Positions 35,550 through 49,325 are shown, numbered from the whole stretch's first letter. The stretch: 63,477 nt of DNA, filler included, from Aduncisulcus paluster (GCA_024181965.1; 7 parts of 7 records of this genome joined end to end with filler, not necessarily neighbours in it); one strand, 5' to 3'. Program-made: numbers and translations. The notes: a model not told the origin generated them from the sequence alone.

Positions 35550-36128
35550 TAATAATCAATATTCTTGGGATAAAATATATAATGTGAAATTTTTTAATTG
35601 TTTTTATAAAAATATCCTTGAATAATACTCTCAAGGAGTGACAAAAGCAGGTGTGGAGGTGAGGCAAATTCGATACCGCAATAATATTGCTTTCAAGAGC
35701 AGCCTTAGAAATTGTATTTTATGCAAAAATCCAAAAGGATATTTATTTTCAATTGTTTATAAGAAGAAGGTCAAGAGACAGGATAAAACCCACAACTCCG
35801 CCAAATATTACAGCTCGAAAGTCATAATATAGGAGGTGAAAAGTAAATGCTTGTTGGATCAAACTTCCTAAAAGGAAAAAGTCTAGAATGGATCAAAACC
35901 CCCTAGAAAATAAAATTATTCTCAAGGCTGAAAAAAAGAAGTAGAAATGTGTTAAACAATTTATATTAATCGAATTATATCTATAAACTTGGATCTAAAT
36001 CGATAACGATAACAAATTTCATTGAAAGTAAGCGAATCACACAAATTCAATTTCGTGAGATTCGCATTTGAATCACATGAATCGATGATTTTGAGGTGGA
36101 TACCATATATCAAAGAATATATTGAATA

Positions 36129-36659
36129 ATGAGTGGAGCAAAACGAGTTGTTGCGGCATTACAAGAGGCCTCTAATGTTATTAAAGTTGCTACTGATGTT
36201 TTTTCTTCTACTGGTGTAATGACAGCCTGTGCTCATGAATGTGCCACATGTCCACAATTTGCACAGTGTAAAGGAATTGGATTACAGAATGAAGAGTTAT
36301 TTACCAAGATATTTTCAAAAGATACATCTAAATCGCAATTTGGTGCTGATGGGCACCAAGATGAAAGGTTTAAATTTGATGATAAAACGATATTAGATAG
36401 TGAAAGTTTTATTTCTGGATTTGGAGCAGCTGCAGGGGAAGCTATTGATGAAGAAAGAGAAAGGGAGGAAACTCATGACGCTGATGATAAAATTGTTACA
36501 TCGCCGTTATTTTCTGATTTACCAGGTGGAGATTCATCGGCTTTAAAGATGTTTGATATGTCTCAGAAATCTAAATCACTTCATTCATATTCATCATCAA
36601 CAGACTCAAAAGAAGAAGGTACCATCCTGAAACTCAAAACTTTCAATGACTTCTTTTGA
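36129..36659 (+). CDS. Small hypothetical protein with Cx3Cx2CPx4C motif
   Basis: 176-aa ORF containing CAHECATCPQFAQC. Confidence 0.65.
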   Translation: MSGAKRVVAALQEASNVIKVATDVFSSTGVMTACAHECATCPQFAQCKGIGLQNEELFTKIFSKDTSKSQFGADGHQDERFKFDDKTILDSESFISGFGAAAGEAIDEEREREETHDADDKIVTSPLFSDLPGGDSSALKMFDMSQKSKSLHSYSSSTDSKEEGTILKLKTFNDFF

Positions 36660-37036
36660 AATTTATGACTAAATTTATCTCAATTCATCATTTTTGATCA
36701 TCCACAAATCATAAACTACTAAATCAATCATAAAATCGCACCCAGTTCGTTATAACACTGAATTATATTATCTAATATATATCTTTTTTTAATCGAAAAT
36801 CAAATTTGTCGGAATAATATGGTACTTATATTTCCTTCCCTATGTTTTGAGATCGAATCCATTTCTCCTCTTCTAATGGGCTGGTATCAGTGATTACAGC
36901 TGAAAATTAATAATTTCATTAAAACTAATAAAATATCTAATTGTTTTTATCACTTAATTTTCTTCAATCAAATGAGTTTTTGAAACTCAATCAATGATTT
37001 TCATTTTCTCCGGAATATTCAAACCTATTTTGTTCA

Positions 37037-38602
37037 ATGGTTGTTGAAGTTGAGGTAGAACAAATTGAACTTCCTGTTCCAGAGACCTGTTATCAGAGAT
37101 ATAAGGCTAGAAAGTTGGCTAAGGCGAAAATCGCTGCTGATAGGCATCTAATGCTTGCTTCAGATCATATTTTTAAAACTTTAATGGCTTTATCCATTCC
37201 TTCTATTATTTCAATGGGTCTTAATGCCGTTTATAATGTTGTGGATTCCATTTTTCTTGGGAATTCGAGCGCCGAGGATCTTGCAGCTGCAAGTTTGTTT
37301 ATGGTTATTGAATTCGGTGTATTCACGTCATTGAATGTGTCATTGGGTGCTGGAGCTAGTGCTGTTATTTCTCCGGCTCTTGGAAAAGGTGATTTTTTAA
37401 CTGCTAACAAAGCCCTCACATACTTTTTTACTCTCCTTATTATTGTTAATGCTGCCATTCCTGCTATTTTCATTCCTTATCTTGACCCCCTGCTTGACTT
37501 TTTAGGAGCTACTTCTGTTACTAAGGCTCGGGCCAAACAGTATGCTCTCATCATGAGTGCTTTCCCTATTGGATATGGATTAACCGCGTCAATGGGTCCC
37601 TTGCTTCGTGTTGAGAATAAGGCTTCTCTAAGTATGTGGCGACAAGTCATTTCATCTGCCTTGAATGTCATTTTTGATCCCATTCTGATCTTTGGTTTTG
37701 ACCTTGGAACTCAAGGAGCTGCCATCTCAACTGTCGCCTCGCAGCTTATTGTTGGTGTGTATATGCTCTGGTTCTATTTATTCCCCGAGAAGAGTGGTGC
37801 TACTGTCAAACTCGCTTGGAATGAAGCATATGGCAAAGGGAACATGGATTGGCGAATGATTGGAAAGATGTCTGTTCTGGGCCTTGGCAACCTCTTCTCT
37901 GGGATGGGAAGGAGGATTGCTGGACTCTTATTCAATAGGACCTTCAAGACGATGCTGGATGGAAGTCTGGTGGAGGTCTATCAGGCCATTATGGGTGCCA
38001 TGACTCAACTATCGTCTCTGATTGGAATGCCATCAGCAGGGATTGCGTTAGGGTTCATTCCACTTGTCGGCTATAATATCGGCAGAAACCGGTACGACCG
38101 TGTTCAAAAGGCTTTAGTATACTCATTCCTGTCTATGTTGGTCATTGGAGGATCGCTTGTCATTCTTGTTGAGATCCTTGCAAGACCTATCAGCCGGGCA
38201 TTTGGCTCTGATGGTGATTTCCTCGATCTTGCCCCCAAATATCTTCGTATTGGTCTGTGTGGAGTGTGGTTGTCTGCAGGCACATCTCTTCTCATGGGAT
38301 ATTTTCAAGTACGGCATAACATCATTGTCTCGATGATAATGGGTCTCTTGCAGCCCGTTCTGTCCATTATCTATGCCTCAATCCTTCCATACACATCTTT
38401 GGGTGTTGCAGGTGCCTTCTGGACTCCGACAGCTGCCTTTGTGACATCATTTATCATTGCTCTACCGATTATGATCGTTGTTTTGAGACAGATTGACAAG
38501 AAGAAGCATATTCCTTCTTTTGTCATCGATGGTGAGTCTGAGTCTGGTGAGAATTCAATGAAGTCTCCAGAAGCAGTCGAAATGCGGGAAGCCAGAGTAT
38601 AG
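37037..38602 (+). CDS. MATE-family efflux transporter (bacterial MepA-like)
   Basis: About 12 hydrophobic segments; YNVVDSIFLG, LNVIFDPILIFGFDLGTQGAAISTVASQ, PLVGYNIG motifs. Confidence 0.93.
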   Translation: MVVEVEVEQIELPVPETCYQRYKARKLAKAKIAADRHLMLASDHIFKTLMALSIPSIISMGLNAVYNVVDSIFLGNSSAEDLAAASLFMVIEFGVFTSLNVSLGAGASAVISPALGKGDFLTANKALTYFFTLLIIVNAAIPAIFIPYLDPLLDFLGATSVTKARAKQYALIMSAFPIGYGLTASMGPLLRVENKASLSMWRQVISSALNVIFDPILIFGFDLGTQGAAISTVASQLIVGVYMLWFYLFPEKSGATVKLAWNEAYGKGNMDWRMIGKMSVLGLGNLFSGMGRRIAGLLFNRTFKTMLDGSLVEVYQAIMGAMTQLSSLIGMPSAGIALGFIPLVGYNIGRNRYDRVQKALVYSFLSMLVIGGSLVILVEILARPISRAFGSDGDFLDLAPKYLRIGLCGVWLSAGTSLLMGYFQVRHNIIVSMIMGLLQPVLSIIYASILPYTSLGVAGAFWTPTAAFVTSFIIALPIMIVVLRQIDKKKHIPSFVIDGESESGENSMKSPEAVEMREARV

Positions 38603-38653
38603 AATTACACCATAATTACACCATAATTATATCATAATTACACCATAATTACA
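38603..38653. repeat. 11-bp tandem repeat (AATTACACCAT), about 4.5 copies, immediately after the MATE stop
   Basis: aattacaccataattacaccataattatatcataattacaccataattaca. Confidence 0.9.
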
Positions 38654-39708
38654 TCGTGATATTTTTCACAAGAGTCTAGAATAGATTTCAGAAGCAAAAA
38701 TCGTAATATATATTTGATATATTTCCAAGTCCATGTCGATGTCATTCCTTATTTTCAATCTATCTTTGCGATTAATATTAGATATTAATATATATATATT
38801 TACAAGTATTTATCATTTTTTTTTTTTTTTTTTTAACTTTTATCTTTATTTGACCAAAATCATTGTTTGTCTATTTATAGATACTATTTGTCTATTTTTA
38901 GAACCGTACGAATCTCTGGGTTCAGAAGAATATTTATATTGATCTTTTTTGATCTCTTCTACTTCACTTACATCAGTTATTAGCTCGTTGTTATAAAATC
39001 AAGATTTAGTTATCATTTATATTTAATTATTATCTATTTAAATGAATAATTATTATTGTTTTATAAAATCAAAAACTTTTTTATATTCTTAGTTGTGTCC
39101 TCAAAATTTAATTCTTTTTTACATCATCATCATGTGAATCGATGATCGATTGCTCTCGAATTCAAGTGTTTATCTCTTTTGAAATGAATTAATTAGAATT
39201 AATTATTAATTATTGCCAAATTGGCACTGCCACAGTGCCTCCATTGATATATGTTGATTATGGCTTCGAACAGATGAATAAATAGTTCTGATCAGAATAC
39301 TGATATCTATTTTAGGATACATATTCATAGAAATGTGCTTATTAACTTCACATCCTTGATATTCCACTATCTTGAGATGATAGAATAAATCTCAACTTCC
39401 AATGGAAATAATTCCAACGACGATAGCAGAAGAACGTTTGTTTCTATTAATATTGGGAGGGCTCTCCTTCAAAAACAAAAGAGTGAATATAGAATGTAGC
39501 CAGTATTTCAATCTACCGTTGAAATCGAAATAATTTGCCGGTTCATCCCCATTTCTGTATATGGGTTTTCAGCATAATTACATAAAAAATAAAATCAATT
39601 TTTTTATTATTTCTTATCAATATAATTTAAAAATCCATGATTATTTGTTTTTTTGCAGAGACATGATCCAGTTGAAATATTTTCCCTTTTTCTTCGACAA
39701 TAGAAATT

Positions 39709-40320
39709 ATGGATGGGTTAGGTCATGATCCATTCGCAAGTAGAATTAAAGAAGCTATCATATTTGACGAGATATTTGAATTTCGACAAATTTTCCCCCC
39801 CTCAAAATATCTTCCACTATCTCAATCTTCTCCTCGCCCCCGTGATTCTCGAAAAGATGCAATCCATTCTGAAAGCATTAAATCTCAGGTGCACCCGTCT
39901 AAACCTAACCCACGTAAAGGATCGAAATCTATTATTCACTTTTTGACAGAAAATATTGTCTTTTTTCTCGTTATGTGGAGGCTGATACCATCTGGGGTCC
40001 GTAGAGAGGTGAATGCCAAAGATTATTTTCAATCCGTTGATTCATTAGTTTGTCCTTTACCCACAGAGAACCATATTACTGCAAGAAAACTCCAAAAATG
40101 TCGATATATTCACAATAAGAAGGGCTGTCCTAAGAAAATGGGCAAAATGGTTGTATCCGTTTGTGATGTCATCGAAGAAGTCTGCAGGGAGTCACATGTG
40201 GTCTCCTTTGAAGCCACTCCGCATTTTGCAGAAGCCTTTGTGGAAAAAGTTATCCCCAAACTCAAACCCCCCATATTTCCCCAGATGCCTTCTCTTCAGA
40301 CCATTTCCGGAAGATTATAA
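39709..40320 (+). CDS. Hypothetical protein
   Basis: 203-aa ORF, no recognised motif; boundaries uncertain. Confidence 0.4.
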   Translation: MDGLGHDPFASRIKEAIIFDEIFEFRQIFPPSKYLPLSQSSPRPRDSRKDAIHSESIKSQVHPSKPNPRKGSKSIIHFLTENIVFFLVMWRLIPSGVRREVNAKDYFQSVDSLVCPLPTENHITARKLQKCRYIHNKKGCPKKMGKMVVSVCDVIEEVCRESHVVSFEATPHFAEAFVEKVIPKLKPPIFPQMPSLQTISGRL

Positions 40321-41091
40321 CTATTGTCAAACAATGGATTGGCCTTTATCCAGAATCAAGGAAATTGATTAAGAGTGTGAAACAGCAAAGAGATATTGCA
40401 ACACATGAGGGATCTACGAAGATTAAAGCTCGCAAAGGACATCGAGATAGCCAATTGTAGATTCTTTTTGTAATTAATTAATTAACTATACGATTTTTAT
40501 TTTTGACTTAAGCACAAAATTGCTGAAGAAAAGCATGCTGGAACACTCAGCTATTCTCTAGCTTTGCTTTGCAACACTTTAAAGATTTTTATTTCTATCT
40601 TTCAGTTGTTTCCGAAAAAAAAAAGAGCTTTGGGTAACTTTGTTTCATTTGTTTTCTTCTTCCATGAGTTGAAGAAACAAGTGTCAAAGTCCAAACTCCA
40701 CCTAATTCGAAATACAATCTTTAGAAAGATATATACTACACCCATTTCAATTTTTTTTATAAAATTAAATTGATAATTTTACATCTTCTGCTTGTGACGT
40801 GTCAGTGACACGATTTTTTCGAATCACCTGCAAGAGAAGATCGACTCGATCATCGAGCATCAAAATCGAAAAAAAAATATAATAAAACCACTAAACAAAA
40901 CATTGACAAACCCCAATATTGGGAGATATAGAACAATATGCGACTTACAATGCATTTACCACCCATAAATGTACAGCATTTATCATAAATGTTGTCTGAT
41001 TATGAAGGGTTGAACAGTAACATGGTGCTTTCGAAGGTTCAACTCTACATCCATGAATAGGGATATATATTGAGATGATAGAATAAACAAA

Positions 41092-41870
41092 TCACGCCTG
41101 ACTATCAAAGTCAAGTCCACTCGATGGTAGTCTTAATCCTCTATAATCCCCAAAGTCATCCACACGGCCCTTATCTCCCTCATATCTCTTCATTTGTCTC
41201 TTTATGATGCTATCTATCGTTGGGCATTCCCACCCTTCTCCAAGCCTTGGAAGTAACTGTGCGATAGATTCAACTTTCATCCGTGCATCATTCACGCTGA
41301 GTCTATCGCCAGCATCGTATTCAATCAACCCATCATACACTTCTTTGAGACAACTGTAGATCTCATCTCCATGAGGCATCTCTTTCAGCTTTCTGAATAG
41401 GGGACACCATTCTATCTTTGGGAAATCACGATTATGCATCATCTCAAGCATTTTCTGGATCACTCCGGCATTATCCACGGTGCCATCTGGATGGAAAAAC
41501 TCATCGAATGCTCGATTACTCAGGAATGGGACATGGCCACTAAATGCTGCATACATCGACATTCCAAGAGCATAAGCATCGCTGTCCTTCGAATGATTAC
41601 CAAATAAAGCTTCAGGGGAGTTATACGCATAAGTTCCGCAGATAACTTTCCGATCTTCTTTTTGTGTCGTCTTGCTACTTTTTGAAGAAGAAACAACTGA
41701 GCCAGAGGATATAACGCTCGAAACAGAGAACGATAACGAGTCCTTTGAAGAGGAAATGGAGTCTGAGATTTGAGCAAGCCCAAGATCTCCAAGGATAAGT
41801 CCACATCTACCGGTGTCAGGATCTACTCTTACAAGGTAATTGTCAGGTTTAATATCTCGATGAATGAACG
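41092..41870 (-). CDS. Ser/Thr protein kinase, C-terminal part, 5' partial
   Basis: Manual translation from the contig edge: FIHRDIKPDNYL...GDLGLA...CGTYAYNSPE...SDAYALG, in frame with ORF 41092..41562. Confidence 0.92.
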
Positions 41871-41970
41871 NNNNNNNNNNNNNNNNNNNNNNNNNNNNNN
41901 NNNNNNNNNNNNNNTTAATTAATTAANNNNNNNNNNNNNNNNNNNNNNNNNNNNNNNNNNNNNNNNNNNN

Positions 41971-43426
41971 GTTAATATTATAATAAGGGAATATTTACAA
42001 GACATGTCATCATGTTGAATATTATAAATAAATTGGCCCACAGGAAAAGTATTATTATTTTTTATTGAAGGGAATTTAAGAAGAACTGCACAGATTTCCC
42101 AAGATTATCATCTGTAGTCTGATTTATTTTACAAAGCCCTTAAAACAGAAATGACATTATCAGGCATAATCAAAATCTTAAATAAGCATAATATTCAGAA
42201 ATGTCATATATCAGCGATCATTACTGATAGGGAAAAGATCATGGTGAGTATTGCTAACCAGTTGTTATCTGAAGGCTATGGATTTGTAGTTACCCATTGT
42301 TCTGTCCATATTGTTAATATTATAATAAGGGAATATTTACAAGACATGTCATCATGTTGAATATTATAAATAAATTGGCCCACAGGAAAAGTATTATTAT
42401 TTTTTATTGAAGGGAATTTAAGAAGAACTGCACAGATTTCCCAAGATTATCATCTGTAGTCTGATTTATTTTACAAAGCCCTTAAAACAGAAATGACATT
42501 ATCATTCTCAGCTCAGGAAGGTCATTCCAGATACGGAATTACAAACATTAAAAAACCGATTCATGAACAAATAAGCTTCAGTTACTTGGTTTCAAATCTT
42601 GAACACACTTAGCCTGTACCGAAAAACATAAATTTCTTCTTCGAGATGTGAGACACACTGGAATATATTGTCAGATTTCACAATAAAGCTGATTAATTTG
42701 TTGAATTTATTGTAAACCAGGCGATTCTGTGCGAAATACCTCTCTGTGCAGTTTGTCGATTTCTCACAACAAAAATGCAAGAAATCATCAAGGATCTTCC
42801 AGCTCCAGTTCCGCTTTGTAAGTCAACATTATATCGAATATCAAAGGAAGAAAGATTTAAATCATTAACTAAGGCGAGAATATCTGCATTAAGACCTCCA
42901 TATTCTATTATTTTAGATAAAAGCTGCTCACATTACAGACCGAGAACAACTTATGGTGAAAATATCACACGATTTGATTGAAGAAGGGTATGGTGACATC
43001 TGGCTACCTTGCATTGCTCACCTCATCAATTCAATTCTAAAAGCATATTTTTCATATTATTTTCCTGCGATTGAACCTTTTTTGGAAGATCTAACCAAAG
43101 TATTCAATAAGTTCGAAAGAGATAATCGAACAATTATCAAGGCTCTGAAATTGCCTATTTTACAATATACTCCAATTCGGTGGAGCTCTCTATTATTGTG
43201 TTATTTGCAGGTCTGTAAAAACTGGGATACTTATTTAAGCATATGTTCAAAGTATATTCGCCAATCTGAGGAAGCAAAAGATGCTACCATTTTTTGGAGA
43301 ATGAAAATTAAAAAATTCAATAATATAATGATTACGAGATTTATACCATACTGTTTAGATGCACTTGAAGCTGCATCGTTTTCAACCGTTTGTTTTGTGT
43401 GTGGTAGCCTAGATTTTATTGAGTAA
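41971..43426 (+). mobile_element. hAT transposase fragments, with 192-bp direct duplication 41971-42162 = 42313-42504
   Basis: ITDREKIM..THCSVHIVN, SIILDK, WLPCIAHLIN and PIRWSSL correspond to hAT D, CxxH and RW motifs. Confidence 0.8.
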
Positions 43427-44484
43427 ATTTGTCAGCATCATTCCCTGGTTGTTTACCACATGTGCACACCGGTGTAATTATTATGAAGATATTTCTATAA
43501 ATCATTAGTTATACCTTCTTCTGATTCCGTTGCATACAGAAGCTCAGTAGGGTTATTTTGTTCTTTTGAATTAGAGATAGTTCCTATTTTGTGAGTGTGT
43601 CTCGAACTAAACTCCTGACAAGAGACATGCAGCACGTGATTTTCGATCTAAAGCTTCATTTCAAATCCCGTTTCGTCGAGTTTCTTGGTCTTGCTTTCAT
43701 CAACGGAAATTTTCGAATTCTGAAGAACTATCTTCTGCAGTGACGGACAACCATCCATAGTATAGTAATAATACTATTAAATAAATAGTATTTATTTAAG
43801 AAAGAAAAACCAAGAGAGAAAAAAATAATTCAGAAATAAACCTAGCCCGTTGGGCATATGGAACTTAATGCTCTGGGCACTGAAGGTCGAGGGAGGAGAA
43901 GTTGTTAAGATATTGATCAGCAAGAATAACAGATGGAAATTAAATAGTACATACAAATGTTGAATGGTATTTCATTCAATTTTATATAAGAGAAACATGC
44001 TTCTTAACTCGAAATCATAACTCTCGGGTTCAATTCCGGAAGTTGAGCAAATTGTTTCATCATTTTTGAGCAGGGTGTGGTTAAATATAACAGAACTACC
44101 TAATGGTGAGCCAATTTATTATATCTGATCGATATGAATATCATTCCGGCATACTACCATATGCCACAGAGGGCAACTCATTTTTTCTCTTTGCATATAA
44201 CACCTTTAACACTTTAAATAATTTAAATATCAATAATAATTAGTATTATGGTAGAAAACAACGTTAAAAAGAAAAAATATATCATAATGTTTCGAATTTG
44301 CGGTTGAAAGTAAAAAATGCAGATTTCGTCGCCGTTGAGAAAAAATTATTACCAAAAGCAAATAGAAAAATAGAATTATATTATAACCATACGTAATATG
44401 TAATTTATATTATTGGTATATACTATATACAGTGGTAGTACCAAAAGTATATCGGTTATAGTACTGTATCCATACTTCTGCTCC

Positions 44485-45870
44485 CTAGAAAAGTATTTCG
44501 CAGCACTCGATCTGAAGAACGGTTACTTTAATATCAAAAGTTTCTGAAAAAACAAGACCCTTGACTACATTTATCACACCGTGGGATTGTTTGAATGGAA
44601 TAGGATACCGTTTGGTTTAAAATCGGCTCCGGCTCATTTTCAAAGGTGTATCAACGGAATTTTCAAAGATCTCATGCCCCTTTCTGTTTAGTTTATTTGG
44701 ACGACATTCTTGTTTTTGGTGAGAACCAAGACGATTTTATCAACAACCTTTCAAAGGTTTTGGACAGATTATCCGAGTTTAACCTATGTCTCAACCTAGA
44801 CAAATGTAAAATCGGAATGAAGAATGTTCGCTATTTAGGTTTTATTATATCGGAACAAGGCAGGTCTTTGATCCAAAGAGATTGGAAAATATGAGGAATA
44901 TCCGTCCACCCGAAAATTTAAAGGAAGTACAGAGCCAAGTGGGGAAATTAAATTTCCTCAGAGAGTTCATACCGAACTATTCAAGGACAGCGGAACCTTC
45001 CGGGTAATGAAGAAAGGATACACCAAATCGTGTTGGGGACCCGAACAATCTTCGGCCTGGAATAGTTTATTATCTTCCTTGGACAAGAAATTATCATTAG
45101 AACATCCTGTGACAGATCTGGGTATCTGGGACTTCTCGAATTGTTTAAAGGATATTATCGTATTTACCCTGCACATTATGCCTGCACAGCATATTCAACC
45201 CACTGATTGAAAAATAAAAATAATATTAAAATAATCATTCTGGTATGACTTTACAAGTCATCACAATCCGACACAAGAAGGAACTATTATTCTTCGGACA
45301 GACGCTTCGACAGTGGGAATAGGAGGAATCCTTCTTCAAAGAGCTACAAGTGGAAAAGAAAAGCTGATAAATCTCTTCTCGCGGAAATTCAATAAGACAG
45401 ACACCCGTTGGAGCACTATAGAGCAGGAAGCTTTCGGTATCTAATATGGAATAATTTCGAACAGGTTTTATTTGCTTGGAAAACCTTTTTAGGTGGAAAC
45501 AGATCACTGAAATCTTCATCACATCTTCAAAAGCGAAGTCCCGAAACTTGTGCGCTGGAGAATGATGATGACTCCTTTTACTTATCATATCAAGCACATT
45601 GTTCAGAGAACCAAACAGCTGATTTTCTTTCGCGAATAGAATTAAAAAACGACTATTCGTCTAAAACAAGGAAAATTAGGACACTAAAAGCTCTTGATAC
45701 GACTACAAAAGGTCCAGAGAAAGATGTTCTACTCAAACAAATTCATTTAGAACTCGGTCATGCTTCGGCAGGGTTAGTTGTAAAAGTTCTCCGCGACAGA
45801 GGATAAATTGGACCGGTATGTATAAAGACGCTGAAAGAGTCATTAAACCGTGCATCTTCTGCAAAAAGAC
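44485..45870 (+). mobile_element. Degenerate Ty3/gypsy pol (RT, RNase H, integrase start), close relative of the intact element at 58354
   Basis: FAALDLKNGY, PFGLKSAP, YLDD, WGPEQS, IHLELGHAS; many frameshifts. Confidence 0.9.
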
Positions 45871-47469
45871 ACAAAAGGGAAGATGTATAAAAACAAATGG
45901 TCACTTGAAGAAGCCCGTATCAAGAAAAAAATTGGAATGAGTGTCCCAGAATACGCAAAGCAGATAAATCGGCATTTATCAACACTAAAAAAATCTATCT
46001 CACAGCAAGCCACTCAACTTAAGGCTTTGGTTGAGATTGGAAAACCCAAACAAATTTCGACTTAGATATAGAAATTGACCATTGTTCTTCTTTTCTAAAG
46101 GTAGCAGATGTATTTGAAAATGAGAGAGAAGATATTGCCGCAAGGATAGCCCTTCGACTGGTTGTGTCCCGCTGTAAGTTTGAATACGAGCATAAAACTA
46201 TAAAATCCAGGAGAAAAGTGCCTTTGAGTGCCAGAAAGGCCATAATAATATCTGAGATAAGAAAAAGCAAATATCATGGCCATTTTGTAAAAGATCTGCC
46301 AAATAGCGACATTTTACTTCTTTTTGAAGATAGAATAGGACAAAAAACTAGAGTTTTCTTTTCGAACGTAAAGGGAAAACCTGCTAGTCTTAAGAAAAAT
46401 TATGACCTATACAAAGGGCAGATGAGCCTAGCAGCGGATGAGGTAGCCTTTATTGATACATATTACGAGAATATGGATAATTTGATGCTTGTGGTGACCT
46501 AGCAGAGTATGGGCCAATCACCACCCACTGGAAGTTTATCATCTCTGAGCCTTTCTTCCATTCGAGAGTCTGATATAACGGAAGATTCTTCCCATGACGA
46601 CGGGGATGATGATTTTTCATCGCTCCGAGATGACCAACCTGATGATCATGAAGGTAATTCTTGAAAACGCTCTCTCCGATGAATAGATTTTAATAAATAT
46701 TATTTAAAATTTAAAAACCATATATTAGCAATGATAAGATCGAAATAGAATGATTTTGTTTTTGAAAATACATTTCAATAAAATCTTTGTTTGAAAACCG
46801 ATTTTTTTCGATATACTATTATGGCAAATCAATTGACACGTTGTTTTTATTATACTGAAGCTCAATTCAGAACAAATACCCTTTCGTCCATGTTAGAAAT
46901 ATCTTCCAAATCGGACCTGGGAAAAAAGAATATATTTCTCCGCTGCCCTTTATGTATGAATTCATTGGGACATACCTGTGCCTTTTCGAAGCGAAAAAAA
47001 TGGGATATTAGAGATTTTACGTGCCAAATATGTGCAGTTTCAAAAGCTTTATTTTTAATCCGCTGTGATTATATTCTGGTTGATCTAATTGATAAACACC
47101 ATGAAAATGATTCGGGCTGCTCAGATGAACAAACTGTTGAAGGCCTCAGCCCTGACGATGATCGCCAGTCTCATGATGAGCACGATGATCATGGCGCTCC
47201 AATAATTGATTTGAGCCAGTTAGTTTCCCGAATGGGAATGGAGATCACAATTATTTTTATAATACTATTAATTTTTAGTTAAAAAATGATTTTTTAATTT
47301 CAAATCCCCCCTTTTCTAACAGGGGTTTTCATATTGTTGTGGATTGTCTGCGTTAAATTGAAAGAAATTTAGCATCAATTATATATGTTATTGACCATCT
47401 ATATTGAAAAGTTAATAGTCAACACCTGCCAGATAGTCACAGTGATGTATTATTAAGTCAAATCAGAAC

Positions 47470-49070
47470 ATTTAAGGAAGCAGTAGTTCTAAAATGCATT
47501 GATATTGGTATCTATTCCCATGGCATGTAAATTCTTAGATCGAGAAATGCAAGAAATAATTCGAGCACTGGTTGATTTTGTACCTTTACACCAATCATCA
47601 ATGTATGATATTGAATATAGGCTCGGAAATTCCTCTAAAAATGGTACGAGAGATTATGACAAAATGTTGTTTCTCGATAATTCTTGATAAAACCCAATCT
47701 AGAATGAAGAACATTCTACTAGAATATCCCTAGTAGGGATATTGATTCATATACTTTCGGATCTTTTGCCGTTGGATATATTAATCTTGGAGGGAAAAAA
47801 GACTCTTTATTCACACAAGCTTTCATGAGCGAAATCACCATCTGTGATGGCATCTCAGGATTTAGAAGAAACAAAAGTGAGTAAACGACATGCAGCAACG
47901 ATAAGTTTTATAATAACAAATATTAATCATAAATTAGCATGTTATTCTGATAAGATCCACGATGTCCTTTCAAAACCAGCTGATTTTTTGACGAAAGCAA
48001 TTAAGAGTGAGTTTGAGGCAATTGGAATTAAAAAATCTTCAATAGTTTCCAATTATTAATTTAAAAATTGTAATGGCCTTGGTTAGCTGGAAAAATCAAT
48101 TTATAAATTTGGATTCATTGCACAACGGCTCCTTTTTTCAGCAGTATTTTGTTTCTGAGAAGAGGCCATACTAATACTGGGATTAGATTCTCTCGGAGTA
48201 ATAGTACTTGTATATTATGTGGAGTGCCGTTAAAAACGAATTGTTCAGCATTGTCTCATTTGCTAACAGTGAAACATTGCAATGGAGAATTGTCATCAAA
48301 ACCAACGCATCAAGAAGAATCTATTCAAGGGAAAAGAAGACATTTAAGAGAACAGGTGGTGGATAGTGCACTATGTGGAATATCAGCTTTTACGATTGCA
48401 AATTTTTTTATTTGAAAATTCAACAGGCGATGCTTGATTTGGGTGAGCCAATGGAATTCAAAAAAGATGCATTATATGATTGCATGCATATGGTAGCATC
48501 AAGATCACTCGAAAGCACTAGAGACAAGGTGTTAAAGGGGTGTTATAGTCTAATTCTAGACAAAACCACCTCGAGGGGGAAAACCATTCTTGGAATACTT
48601 GCACATAGCAAATTAGGAACCTACGTTGTAGGTTATTTGGATATAGGAAAATATAAAGACGAAAATTACTCTAAATCATTTAAGCATTCAATACAACAAT
48701 CATATGCCTCCGAATTTATAGACGATGGGAAATAACATACAACACCAAGAGGGGATAAATTATATTATCACACATGTTAAACAGACTTTAGGATGTTGCT
48801 CGGATAGCATCCGGAAGGGAATGCCATCCCCAGCTGACTTATTGCTTTCTCATTGTATTGATACATTGGAATTAGGAAATCGAATCTAATTGCAATTTGG
48901 CCGGACAGGGAACCATTGATGGTCAATGTTTGTAGTCAGTTGGTTGCAAAAGGGTATGGGATTTCATGGCAACTATGTTTAGCTCATGTATTAAATAGTG
49001 TCAATCAACAATACATTAATTATTACTTTGAAGCTATTAAAGATTTTATTGAATAAATAGTACAGTATAT
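47470..49070 (+). mobile_element. hAT transposase fragments including C2H2/BED-like finger
   Basis: CILC...HLLTVKH, IQGKRRH, YSLILDKTT, PDREPLM...LCLAHVLN. Confidence 0.75.
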
Positions 49071-49089
49071 TGAAAGAACTGCTTCCAAG

Positions 49090-49325
49090 TTTGTTATGAA
49101 TTCTTCGTTTTGTTGTTTTTCCTTTGATTAGTAGGTCATCGATGAATATCAAGCAAGCATGCGGAGTAAGATCAGCGAATGCCTTCTCAATCGATCTCTG
49201 AAAGTGAGCGCTTGTGTTCATGGTTCCAAATGGCATTCTTCTGTTCTGAAACAGCCCCTTGCTGCAAGTAAATGCCAGTAAAGGTTTAGATTCATCTTCT
49301 ACAAGAATTGGATGGAAACCTGAGT
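49090..49325 (-). mobile_element. Ty3/gypsy RT fragment, inverted
   Basis: SGFH..AFTCSKGLFQNRRMPFG...FIDD. Confidence 0.9.
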
